Shown here one piece after another: positions 9,259 to 16,984 of a stretch of 32,000 nucleotides of DNA. Below the pieces are notes generated by a model. That model had not been told where the DNA came from and searched no databases. It saw only the letters and a program-made list of their open reading frames with translations. How positions within the stretch are numbered: the first letter of the stretch is position 1; every line of letters begins with the position of its first letter. The translations under genes were made by a program, and so were the position numbers. The stretch comes from Megasphaera elsdenii DSM 20460 (lineage in GTDB: Bacteria; Bacillota; Negativicutes; Veillonellales; Megasphaeraceae): contig NZ_CP027570.1 of the NCBI RefSeq assembly GCF_003010495.1, positions 660,001-692,000 of the forward strand, given 5' to 3'.

Positions 9259-9307
9259 AGAGTCAATCCGTAGTCCGTCATAATTATTGTCTAAAGCAGG
9301 TGAAACC

Positions 9308-10638
9308 ATGAATACTCAAATGCCCATCGGCGTAGATGACTTCAAGGAAGTCCGGGAGAATTATTATTTTGTCGATAAAACCCATTTCATCCAATCCCTC
9401 ATTGATGGCCACAGTAAAGTGACCTTATTGACCCGGCCCCGTCGTTTTGGGAAAACCCTGACGATGAGTATGCTCGATTACTTCTTTTCCTTAGAAAGAG
9501 AGCCGGAAAGCCTTCACCTGTTTGATGGTTTGCAGATTGCCAGAGCGGGAATCGATTATATGAAGCATCGAGGCCAGTACCCTGTCCTCTTCATGAACTT
9601 CAAAGGCATCCAGAATGATACCTGGGATTTAGCTTTCAATGCCTTCCAGCTGGTCATCCAAAAGGAATTCCAGCGGCATCGTTATTTGTTGGACACTCCG
9701 GAATTGGCTCCTGAAGAAAAACAACTCTATAGCCGTTTCCTCGATAATACGGCCACGCTTGCAGAATACCAAATCAGCCTGCTCTACTTATGCGAATATC
9801 TCTACCGGTACTATAAAATTCGGCCAATTATTCTGATTGATGAGTACGACGCGCCCATCCAGAACGCCTATAACCATGACTTCTATAATACGGCTATCTC
9901 CTATTTCCGTACCTTTTACAATAACACCTTAAAAGGGAATGAGTTCCTGAATTTCGCTATTCTCACCGGTGTCCTGCGCATTGCAAAAAAGAGCATCTTC
10001 AGTGGCCTGAACAATCTCCGTGTCTGCTCGATTCTTGATAATGCCTATGCCGATGTCATGGGATTTACGGAAGAAGAAGTAACTCAAATAGCTAAGGATA
10101 CGGGGGAAGAACAGACCCTGCCGACCTTAAAGAAGTGGTATGATGGTTATCGGTTCGGGAACATCGACATATATAATCCCTGGTCGATCATCAACTTCTT
10201 TGCTGAACGGACAGCCGACGATTATTGGGTCAATACGTCCTCGAATGACATCATCCAGCATATGATGCAGGGAAATGCAAAAAGCCAGGAAAAGAACCTG
10301 CCGACCCTCCTGCATGGCGGAACTGTCGCCGCCATCATCCGAGAAGGCTTGATTTATAAAGATATTACCCAAAATAAAGATGGACTCTATACCCTTTTAC
10401 TGATGACAGGCTATCTGACAGCCGTCCAGAATACGACTGTCCCCAATGGACGTCTTTGCCAGCTCAGGATTCCCAATGAAGAATTGACACATGTCTTCCA
10501 AAGCGAAATCCTCAACTTAGAGCCCTTCAGCAAATCGAAAAGCAGCAATATATCGCTGAATTCAAGCAGAAGCAGATACCCTCAGTCCTGAAATACGGTA
10601 TCTCATTCTGCGGGAAGAAGATTTATGTAACCAGGTAA
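9308..10638 (+). pseudogene. AAA-ATPase-like / PD-(D/E)XK (PDDEXK_9-type) protein with internal deletion and frameshift
   Basis: The first ~400 aa (MNTQMPIGVDDFKEVRENYYFVDKT...TRPRRFGKT) fit the predicted AAA-ATPase family. The frame stops at 10591. The +1 frame continues ALQQIEKQQYIAEFKQKQIPSVLKYGISFCGKKIYVTR*, the usual extreme C-terminus of the fused nuclease domain. The nuclease core between them is absent. Confidence 0.55.
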
Positions 10639-10654
10639 TAGAGATGGCTAAAAT

Positions 10655-10855
10655 GTGCCGAGAATTAGAGAATTAGAGAAATGGAGCATGGAAGAGCGTC
10701 AAGAAGGTCTTGTCGAAGGGCAGCGCAAGGGCGAAGATAATCTGGCAAAACTGCTGAAATTGTTGAAGGCTGATGGCCGCTTACGTGATTTGGATTTAGC
10801 CATAGAAGACGAAGAGGCCCGAAAAGCGTTATACAAGGAATATCACATTGACTAA
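10655..10855 (+). CDS. small Glu/Lys-rich ORF, probably a gene fragment
   Basis: GTG 10655 or ATG 10688. The helical charged sequence (EGQRKGEDNLAKLLKLLKADGRL...) resembles C-terminal tails of larger nuclease/transposase-like proteins. It begins inside an 8-nt tandem, GAGAATTA x2.6 (10660-10680). Confidence 0.25.
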   Translation: MPRIRELEKWSMEERQEGLVEGQRKGEDNLAKLLKLLKADGRLRDLDLAIEDEEARKALYKEYHID

Positions 10856-10862
10856 AAAAATT

Positions 10863-10899
10863 CCCCCGATGCTATCGAAATAGTGGACAGCATCAGGGG
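10863..10899. terminator. bidirectional intrinsic terminator between convergent genes
   Basis: CCCCGATGCT pairs with AGCATC(A)GGGG across a 15-nt loop. An A-run lies on the left and a T-rich stretch on the right. Confidence 0.5.
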
Positions 10900-10919
10900 A
10901 TTCTTTATTTATCAGGGAA

Positions 10920-12239
10920 CTATGCTCCGGCAACTTCTTTATTTTTGTTCAACATGATGTGCAAGACTTCGCAATCTGTCTGCTGCATACCATTAGATGC
11001 CAAGAGGCCTACGTTTCGGATACATTCATCTGCCGTATCGGCGACGAGCCCATCTGTACCTTCTACGCGGATACCGGCTAAGGCCATGAGGACCGAACGA
11101 TAAGCGATTTCCGCTGCCGAAGCGACTTTCATGGCACAGCTATCGGCGGCACCATCACAGACCATACCGACGATGCCGCCATTCATAGATGAAATAGCTT
11201 TGCAAATAGTCTGATACGGTGTCTTTCGGTCGAGGAGCCAAGCCATGCCAGCCGCTGCTCCCATGGCAGCCGTAACGGTCGCGCAAAAGGCAGACAACTT
11301 GGGTAAATAGCTGTGCGCATAGATAGCGACCATACTGGCCAAAGCCAGGGCCCGGACGCGTTCTTCGCCAGAGGCTTTGATATGGTCAGCGACAACTGTT
11401 ACTGGCTCAGATACGGTGATGCCCTGATTCCCGGAACCAGAATTGGTCATGGCCGGACAGGCAGCGCCACCCATGCGAGCGTCTGAAGCGGCCACTGTAC
11501 GGACTTGGATTTCACGAGCCAAATCGCCTGCCAACAGGCCCTCTTTGATGCTCTTTTCCATGGTGCAGCCAATGCGCAGGCCATATTTCCCCGTCAGACC
11601 TTCTTTAGACAAGGCATCATTTAAATTTTCTGCATTCTTGATGAATTGGATATTGGCAAGGGGAATATTTTCAGCAAATTCCAAAATATCTTTGATGGAA
11701 AGGGACTGCAAAAAAGTGATTTTATCGGCTTCACTATCATTACAGCTCGCTTTTTTTTCAAAAATAACCTGTCCATCTTTTTCGATTAAGACAACGTTCG
11801 TATGGTTATCGACGATGACGGCGCGGACATGATGGCTTTCTCCATAGACATTGGCTTCCGAATAAAGGATATGCTTTGTCGTTTCATTGACACCAACGGT
11901 GACTTTGCCGTCAGCTACCATTTGTTTGCCTTGGGCTACCACATCAGGCGTCAAGGATTTCAGGACCTGGAGACCTGCGTTAGCATCGCCGCCCAGGGCA
12001 CCAACAGCAGCAGCAATAGCCAATCCCGGCATGCCGGTGCCTGGAACCATAACGCCCATCCCATTTTTCATCAAATTAGCGGAAACAAAGGCTTTGACAG
12101 CTTGTACGGGTTCTCCCAATTCTTTCGCCGCCGTAGCCGCTGCAAAAGCCAGGGAAATCGGTTCCGTACATCCCGTAGCCGGTTTGATATCTTGCTTCAT
12201 GATTTCAATCATTTTATTCCACATAGTACATGTTTCCAT
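10920..12239 (-). CDS. cyuA: UPF0597/YhaM-family L-cysteine desulfidase-like protein (serine dehydratase alpha-like)
   Basis: The N-terminus WNKMIEIMKQDIKPATGCTEPISLAFAAATAA resembles E. coli YhaM/CyuA. The protein is Gly/Ala-rich with a TNSGSGNQG motif. An AGGAG RBS lies 7 nt before ATG 12239; the tracked start 12248 is GTG. Confidence 0.75.
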   Translation of the reverse strand: METCTMWNKMIEIMKQDIKPATGCTEPISLAFAAATAAKELGEPVQAVKAFVSANLMKNGMGVMVPGTGMPGLAIAAAVGALGGDANAGLQVLKSLTPDVVAQGKQMVADGKVTVGVNETTKHILYSEANVYGESHHVRAVIVDNHTNVVLIEKDGQVIFEKKASCNDSEADKITFLQSLSIKDILEFAENIPLANIQFIKNAENLNDALSKEGLTGKYGLRIGCTMEKSIKEGLLAGDLAREIQVRTVAASDARMGGAACPAMTNSGSGNQGITVSEPVTVVADHIKASGEERVRALALASMVAIYAHSYLPKLSAFCATVTAAMGAAAGMAWLLDRKTPYQTICKAISSMNGGIVGMVCDGAADSCAMKVASAAEIAYRSVLMALAGIRVEGTDGLVADTADECIRNVGLLASNGMQQTDCEVLHIMLNKNKEVAGA

Positions 12240-12288
12240 TATTATCACTCCTAAAAAAAATCAATCTATAAAATAATCCGTTATAGAC

Positions 12289-13626
12289 TTACGAAAAAGC
12301 CAGGAACGGTGAGATAATTAACAAGATGCCCGTCGCAATGATGAGATATAACGAAACGCCTTTCAAGTCATGCAAGCGCGGCACCCGGTAGACGAGATAA
12401 GCCGGAATCAGGCAGCCAATCATGCCAAAGACAGGGCTGCAAATTGAAGTAAAGCTCAAAACGGGAGCATTGAGGATAATGGCACCCCACGACACGAGAA
12501 CAGCAAAGACCAGGATACCCAAGGAAACGGCACGTGCATTAATCTTATCTTCTGGCATAATGCGTTTCAAGCAGTTCATGGCAATGCCGCGGCAGGCTTC
12601 GCGGAAACCCAGGAAGACGCCGAAGAAGGCCGTAACGACAGCAAAAATATTTAGAATCAAACTCATGATCTTAATGGATGTGCCGGGAATCCCCTGGGCA
12701 GCCAATGCTAAAGCAGAAATATTGTTTTCATAAGCCATAACAGCTTGGTCATGGCCCATAGCCAAGTTGAACGAAATAGCATAGAAAAATACGGTGACAA
12801 AGAGCACGCCAAAGGCGATATTCATGGCCCGCAAAGCCTTGTACCGGGCAACTTCAATCGACTTATTATGAGAACGATAGGAAATGACCATCGGGCTCAA
12901 GCTCTGTAAAAATAAAATAGATGTCAGCGTAAAAGGCAGCATGATGATAGTCTGCTTGATGAGATAGCCAAAATCGGGAAAACTACCTATATTCGCTAAA
13001 TTCCAATGCTGGACCATAATCATACCCAAAACAGCTACGACGCACAGCTTCGTCAAGACCATTAGCGTAGAAATCTTGAAGAGTACTTTTTCGCCACGAG
13101 AAGCAATGGCTACGAGGGCACAAATAATGACCAACCCGTATAACGGATTTTTAGCCAGTGAATGGTCCGTCACGCCAAAGGTGACTAAGAAGGAAGCACT
13201 GTCATTATTGATGGCCGTCGAATAGACGAATACCCAGATAATGAGCATCAGGAAGTAAAGAAGACCTAAGAACAGGCCCCAGTTCTTGCCCAAGTAGTTG
13301 CCAATGACACTAGGATAATCTTCACATCTTTCAGATTTTGCCAGAGTATTAATGAATAATCGCTGGAAAAGGTACATAGCCGGATAACCGATAATAGATG
13401 ACAAGAGATAAATCCAAATCCCTGCCAAGCCTACCTGTACCGGTAAAAATACGATGCCTGCACCGATAGCCATGCCGATACTCATGATGACCCAGCCCCA
13501 GTCGGTACTGTCAAACTTGACGGCTTCTTTCCACTGGGCCTTGGTCATACCCGCTTTTTCCCATCGGGTCAACTTTTCTTTCCCCAAAGTTTGTCCTTTA
13601 TCAGGACACTGAACTGTCTGTTCCAT
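12289..13626 (-). CDS. HAAAP-family amino-acid permease (YhaO/CyuP, SdaC, TdcC-like)
   Basis: About 11 hydrophobic segments and an N-terminal WGWVIMSIGMAIGAGIVFLP motif typical of hydroxy/aromatic amino acid permeases. It sits directly upstream of the cyuA-like gene, as in E. coli cyuPA. An AAGGAG RBS precedes the start. Confidence 0.7.
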   Translation of the reverse strand: MEQTVQCPDKGQTLGKEKLTRWEKAGMTKAQWKEAVKFDSTDWGWVIMSIGMAIGAGIVFLPVQVGLAGIWIYLLSSIIGYPAMYLFQRLFINTLAKSERCEDYPSVIGNYLGKNWGLFLGLLYFLMLIIWVFVYSTAINNDSASFLVTFGVTDHSLAKNPLYGLVIICALVAIASRGEKVLFKISTLMVLTKLCVVAVLGMIMVQHWNLANIGSFPDFGYLIKQTIIMLPFTLTSILFLQSLSPMVISYRSHNKSIEVARYKALRAMNIAFGVLFVTVFFYAISFNLAMGHDQAVMAYENNISALALAAQGIPGTSIKIMSLILNIFAVVTAFFGVFLGFREACRGIAMNCLKRIMPEDKINARAVSLGILVFAVLVSWGAIILNAPVLSFTSICSPVFGMIGCLIPAYLVYRVPRLHDLKGVSLYLIIATGILLIISPFLAFS

Positions 13627-13718
13627 TCTATCAATCTCCTTTTATAGTGTAATCCCTTCATTCCACACAAGATACCGTCATTGCCTATACGCTTGTATGC
13701 CCCTCTTTTTTCAATAAA

Positions 13719-13747
13719 ATATTATCATAGTAATAATTATTTTGCAA
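13719..13747 (-). promoter_or_regulatory. sigma-70 promoter for the permease/desulfidase operon (TTGCAA-17 nt-TAATAT, TG-extended)
   Basis: On the minus strand the -35 is at 13742-13747 and the -10 at 13719-13724. This leaves an ~85-nt leader. Confidence 0.45.
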
Positions 13748-13822
13748 TATTTCTTATTTTGTCTTTTTGTAATAAACGATTACTATGGATTGTTCTTTTG
13801 TAATGAACTTACAAAGTCAAAA

Positions 13823-13862
13823 AAATATCCTGCCAAAAATAAAATATTTTAGCAGGATATTT
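13823..13862 (-). terminator. intrinsic terminator (11-bp inverted repeat AAATATCCTGC / GCAGGATATTT, 18-nt loop)
   Basis: Perfect arms at 13823-13833 and 13852-13862. On the minus strand a run of T follows. It would stop transcription coming from the yheO-like gene. Confidence 0.45.
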
Positions 13863-13913
13863 ATATTTTCGTTATATTTAGTTTCTTGTAAAAGGACAAC
13901 CTCAAAGAAAAAT

Positions 13914-13962
13914 CAACCTCTCAGACCGCCTTTGGGCGGCCAGCTCTCCTAGGAAGAGAGCC
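13914..13962. repeat. two-hairpin intergenic repeat module, copy 1
   Basis: CAACCTCTCAG-[ACCGCC TTTG GGCGGC]-CAG-[CTCTC CTAGGAA GAGAG]-CC. It has the same frame as 18469-18514, with different but still complementary stems. Confidence 0.6.
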
Positions 13963-13976
13963 TTTCGCCTCACTTT

Positions 13977-14197
13977 TTAGAAGCCGGCTTTGGACAATTC
14001 GTCTCTCATGGCCCGGCGGTTCCGATAAGTTTCCCGCCATTCTTGGGCGATTTTACGGGCTATGTTCAGGCCTTCGGGATAGGTGCTGAGTTTTTTTCAG
14101 GTAAACGATGCAATCTCGATATTGATTGCGGCTATTCAGTCCAGGCATGGCCTTTTTCACATAGTCCGCATAAAAGAAGTCTCTCCAATTTCCTAAA
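13977..14197 (-). pseudogene. orphan C-terminal gene fragment with a frameshift in a homopolymer
   Basis: The minus strand reads ...GNWRDFFYADYVKKAMPGLNSRNQYRDCIVYLKK, then after the A7 run (T7 at 14091-14097 on plus) shifts frame to LSTYPEGLNIARKIAQEWRETYRNRRAMRDELSKAGF*. There is no start codon or RBS. The family is not recognised. Confidence 0.3.
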
Positions 14198-14207
14198 TCC
14201 CTGTTTC

Positions 14208-14915
14208 TCACCCCCGTACATTTTGATTTTCTTTCTTGATACGGTTCAAGTAACGGTAAATCGTCGGTTCTGATACGCCCAGGACCTGGGCCAGGGCATA
14301 GACGCTGCCTTTGAGGACGAAGAGGCCATTCTTGTAGAGGTCTTCTACGACGGCCAGGCGTTCTTTTTGTGAAAGGCGTTTGGCATCGGCGGCATAGGGC
14401 TGCAACGACCGCTGGATGAGGTGCTGAATGGCATCGTCTACGGTCGGATACATGCTCTCTGAGATTTCGACACCCAGGAAATGATCATCGCCATTCTTCG
14501 AAGCTGGCGGAACCACGTCGGCCAGCGTTTTTTCCGTATCCATGAGAATTAAGGCATCCAACTGTTTCCGCACGTCCAAATAGTGCTGGACGTCGTAGTT
14601 CAGGCAGAGCGCCCCTATGATGTTATCGTCCTCATCATGAATGAAGAACGTCGAAGACCGCAAGGTATGGCCATTGATGCTCTTTCCGTAGTAATTGGTC
14701 ATGTACTCCTGATCCCGTTTTTTACCGACCTGCATGAGTTTCAGAATGAAATCCGTCGCCGGTGCACCGAGCTTGCGGCTGCTGATGTCACCATTGGCAA
14801 TGGCGATGACCGACTCTTCAGGATGGCGCAAATCATGAAGGACGACTTCACAATCCTTTCCCAACGCGGCCCCTAAAAAGGGAACGATATGTTTATACAT
14901 CTCTAAAATACTCAC
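14208..14915 (-). CDS. YheO/DauR-like transcriptional regulator (PAS_6 sensor plus C-terminal HTH)
   Basis: The N-terminus YKHIVPFLGAALGKDCEVVLHDL...IANGDISSRKLGAPATDF is typical of YheO-like PAS domains. The C-terminus has the HTH ALAQVLGVSEPTIYRYLNR. Confidence 0.8.
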   Translation of the reverse strand: MSILEMYKHIVPFLGAALGKDCEVVLHDLRHPEESVIAIANGDISSRKLGAPATDFILKLMQVGKKRDQEYMTNYYGKSINGHTLRSSTFFIHDEDDNIIGALCLNYDVQHYLDVRKQLDALILMDTEKTLADVVPPASKNGDDHFLGVEISESMYPTVDDAIQHLIQRSLQPYAADAKRLSQKERLAVVEDLYKNGLFVLKGSVYALAQVLGVSEPTIYRYLNRIKKENQNVRG

Positions 14916-14945
14916 GACGTCACTCTCCCTATCTGTTATAAGAAA

Positions 14946-14975
14946 AGTTTATCACAATGAGAATGTGTAGGGCAA
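14946..14975 (-). promoter_or_regulatory. candidate promoter of the yheO-like gene (TTGCCC-18 nt-TAAACT, TG-extended)
   Basis: On the minus strand the -35 is at 14970-14975 and the -10 at 14946-14951. The spacer contains ATTGTGATAAA, shared with the ridA promoter. Confidence 0.3.
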
Positions 14976-14978
14976 GGG

Positions 14979-15013
14979 AAAAAGGGCTTGTCGCACGACG
15001 ACAAGCCCTTTTT
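14979..15013 (-). terminator. 35-nt terminator hairpin, copy A (AAAAA GGGCTTGTCG CACGA CGACAAGCCC TTTTT)
   Basis: 10-bp perfect GC-rich stem (14984-14993 and 14999-15008), 5-nt loop, flanking A5 and T5. It sits downstream of ridA on the minus strand. Confidence 0.7.
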
Positions 15014-15109
15014 AGTGGTTAGTGGCTAGTTGTTAGCAGTTAGCGGATGGCTGAAAATTTAAAGCCAGCTTCTGCAAACTACAAACTCCATACTACAAAC
15101 TAATACTTA
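15013..15109. repeat. heptamer-periodic composite repeat, copy A
   Basis: TAGTGGT TAGTGGC TAGTTGT TAGCAGT TAGCGGA (15013-15047), then a central TGGCTGAAAATTTAAAGCCAGC, then CAAACTA CAAACTC CATACTA CAAACTA (15075-15102). The two tracts are imperfect inverted repeats. Confidence 0.65.
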
Positions 15110-15475
15110 CACTTCCGCAATGACTTCGATTTCGCAGAGGAAGTGAGCCGGCAGTTCTTTGACGGCTACGCAGCTGCGGGCCGGTTTGCTGATGAAGGCT
15201 TTTTCGTAAATAGCGTTGAACGCAGCAAAGTCCTTCATGTCATAGAGGAAGCACGTCGTCTTGACGACTTTCGAAAAGTCCGTTCCAGCTGCTTCGAGGA
15301 TAGCGGCAATGTTCTTGACAGCCTGTTCCGTCTGGGCTTCGATGCCTTCCTGGAGCTTGCCCGTCTGCGGATCGACGCCGGCCGTACCAGAAATGTACAG
15401 CATACCATTGGATACCATAGCCTGGGAATAAGGACCGATAGCTTTCGGTGCGTTCTGGGAAACAATTACGTTCAT
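15107..15475 (-). CDS. ridA: RidA family reactive enamine/imine deaminase
   Basis: MNVIVSQNAPKAIGPYSQAM...GMLYISG...PARSCVAVKELP...IEVIA is the classic YjgF/RidA signature, and the length is 122 aa. An AGGAGGG RBS precedes the start. Confidence 0.9.
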   Translation of the reverse strand: MNVIVSQNAPKAIGPYSQAMVSNGMLYISGTAGVDPQTGKLQEGIEAQTEQAVKNIAAILEAAGTDFSKVVKTTCFLYDMKDFAAFNAIYEKAFISKPARSCVAVKELPAHFLCEIEVIAEV

Positions 15476-15516
15476 GGAAATACCCTCCTGTAAGATAACT
15501 TTATTTCACTAATAAA

Positions 15517-15545
15517 ATTTTATCACAATAATAATTGATTTTCAA
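15517..15545 (-). promoter_or_regulatory. sigma-70 promoter of ridA (TTGAAA-17 nt-TAAAAT, TG-extended)
   Basis: On the minus strand the -35 is at 15540-15545 and the -10 at 15517-15522. The spacer is 17/21 identical to the spacer of the permease promoter. Confidence 0.45.
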
Positions 15546-15619
15546 TAAGTATCTCGACGTTTTTTATCGTAGTTTTGCCAGAAGACTCCTTCCTCTTAGG
15601 TAGGAGCATCAATGGCGAT

Positions 15620-15650
15620 GGATTTCGCAGGTTCGATGCCTGCGAAATTC
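15620..15650 (+). repeat. left-end subterminal hairpin of the TnpB element
   Basis: ATTTCGCAGG-TTCGATG-CCTGCGAAAT is a perfect 10-bp stem (15622-15631 and 15639-15648), extendable by G-C and G-U pairs. Confidence 0.5.
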
Positions 15651-15727
15651 ACCCTATGTCTTTTCCGTCTTAGCCTTTTCACTTCGTCTACGGTATAATG
15701 GTAGATAACAGAGGAGGTGGATTCCAG

Positions 15728-16984
15728 ATGTACTTGACGCAATCGAATGTCATTCGTGGCTTGTCGAAACAAGAGTATACGATGCTCCGGGAAATGTGCC
15801 AATACAGCAACAACCTGTACAATGTAGCGGTCTATACGATTCGGCAACATTACTTCGATACCCAACAATTCTTGCGCTATGAAAAAAATTGCCATGTCTG
15901 CAAGGAAAATGAAAATTACAGATTATTGCAGGCTGGTGTTTCTCAACAGATATTGAAAGTAGCCGACCGCAGTTTTCGTTCTTTTTTCAGGCTTTTGCAG
16001 AAAGTCAAGTCAGGTGACTATGGTTCAAAGGCTGTCCGCCTGCCGTACTATCGTGAAAAAGGGGGTCTCTTCAATCTCATCTTGTCGACGAATGCCATTA
16101 CCATTAAGAATGGCTTCCTAACCGTGCCGATGAGCCGTGAATATATGAAACGCCATAACGGTCATCGGATTCGGATTCCTGTTCCTGACAGGCTGAAAGA
16201 GAAGAAAATCAAGGAAGTCCGCATCTGTCCCATGTATGGCGGACGGTATTTCAAGATTCAGTATTGTTACTTGGAGAATCCAGAACTGGTGAAAACCTCG
16301 CTGGATCGGGTTCTGGCTATCGATTTAGGCTTGGACAATCTGGCCGCTTGCATTACCAATACAGGGACGTCGTTCCTCATGGACGGTCGTAAACTCAAAT
16401 CTATCAACCAGTATTGGAATAAACGCAAAGCCAGACTCCAAAGCATTGCCGCCAAGCAGGGCCAGAAGACAACGAACCAGCTCTGTCAGTTAGCGAAAAA
16501 ACGCAATTGCCGGATGCAGGATATCCTTCGCAAGACAGCCCGCTATATCCTCGATTTTTGCATCAGTCATCAGATAGGGACCATTGTCTGCGGCTATAAT
16601 CGCGATTTCAAACGAGGACTGAAACTAGGTAAAGTGACAAATCAGCACTTCACTCAAATCAATTTGAGCTATTTGCGCAATACCTTGAAACACCTGTGTG
16701 AACGCTACGGGATAACCTATCTGGAACAAGAAGAATCGTATACTTCTCAGGCCAGCTGCCTGGATTTGGACGATATTCCCGTATACCAGCCGGATGCCCC
16801 CTATACAGGAACGTTCAGCGGGAAACGAGTCCGGCGCGGCCTGTACCGTTTCGCCGACGGCAGGACAGCTAATGCCGACATCAACGGCGCCGCCAACATA
16901 CTCCGCAAAAGTAAGCAGAACTTCGATTTCGAGGGACTGTGTAAGGGGCTTTTGGACAGCCCTTTGAGAATAAGGCTATCCTGA
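15728..16984 (+). CDS. tnpB: TnpB-family RNA-guided endonuclease-like protein (418 aa), variant lacking a zinc ribbon
   Basis: RuvC-I VLAIDLGLDNLA, EESYTSQASC, RGLYRFADGRTANADINGAANILRK (RuvC-III). A GGAGG RBS lies 10 nt before ATG 15728 and TATAAT is at 15694-15699. The tracked start 15698 is an upstream extension. Confidence 0.85.
   Translation: MYLTQSNVIRGLSKQEYTMLREMCQYSNNLYNVAVYTIRQHYFDTQQFLRYEKNCHVCKENENYRLLQAGVSQQILKVADRSFRSFFRLLQKVKSGDYGSKAVRLPYYREKGGLFNLILSTNAITIKNGFLTVPMSREYMKRHNGHRIRIPVPDRLKEKKIKEVRICPMYGGRYFKIQYCYLENPELVKTSLDRVLAIDLGLDNLAACITNTGTSFLMDGRKLKSINQYWNKRKARLQSIAAKQGQKTTNQLCQLAKKRNCRMQDILRKTARYILDFCISHQIGTIVCGYNRDFKRGLKLGKVTNQHFTQINLSYLRNTLKHLCERYGITYLEQEESYTSQASCLDLDDIPVYQPDAPYTGTFSGKRVRRGLYRFADGRTANADINGAANILRKSKQNFDFEGLCKGLLDSPLRIRLS

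Noticed and set aside
11443-12276. Three plus-strand ORFs (129-150 aa) opposite the cyuA-like gene, and 12422-12733 opposite the permease
   Set aside because: They are antisense shadows with no translation signals. The minus-strand genes are well supported.
14043-14273. Tracked 76-aa plus-strand ORF
   Set aside because: It has no RBS and overlaps the 3' end of the yheO-like gene. The opposite strand of the same DNA gives a more protein-like (though broken) reading frame.
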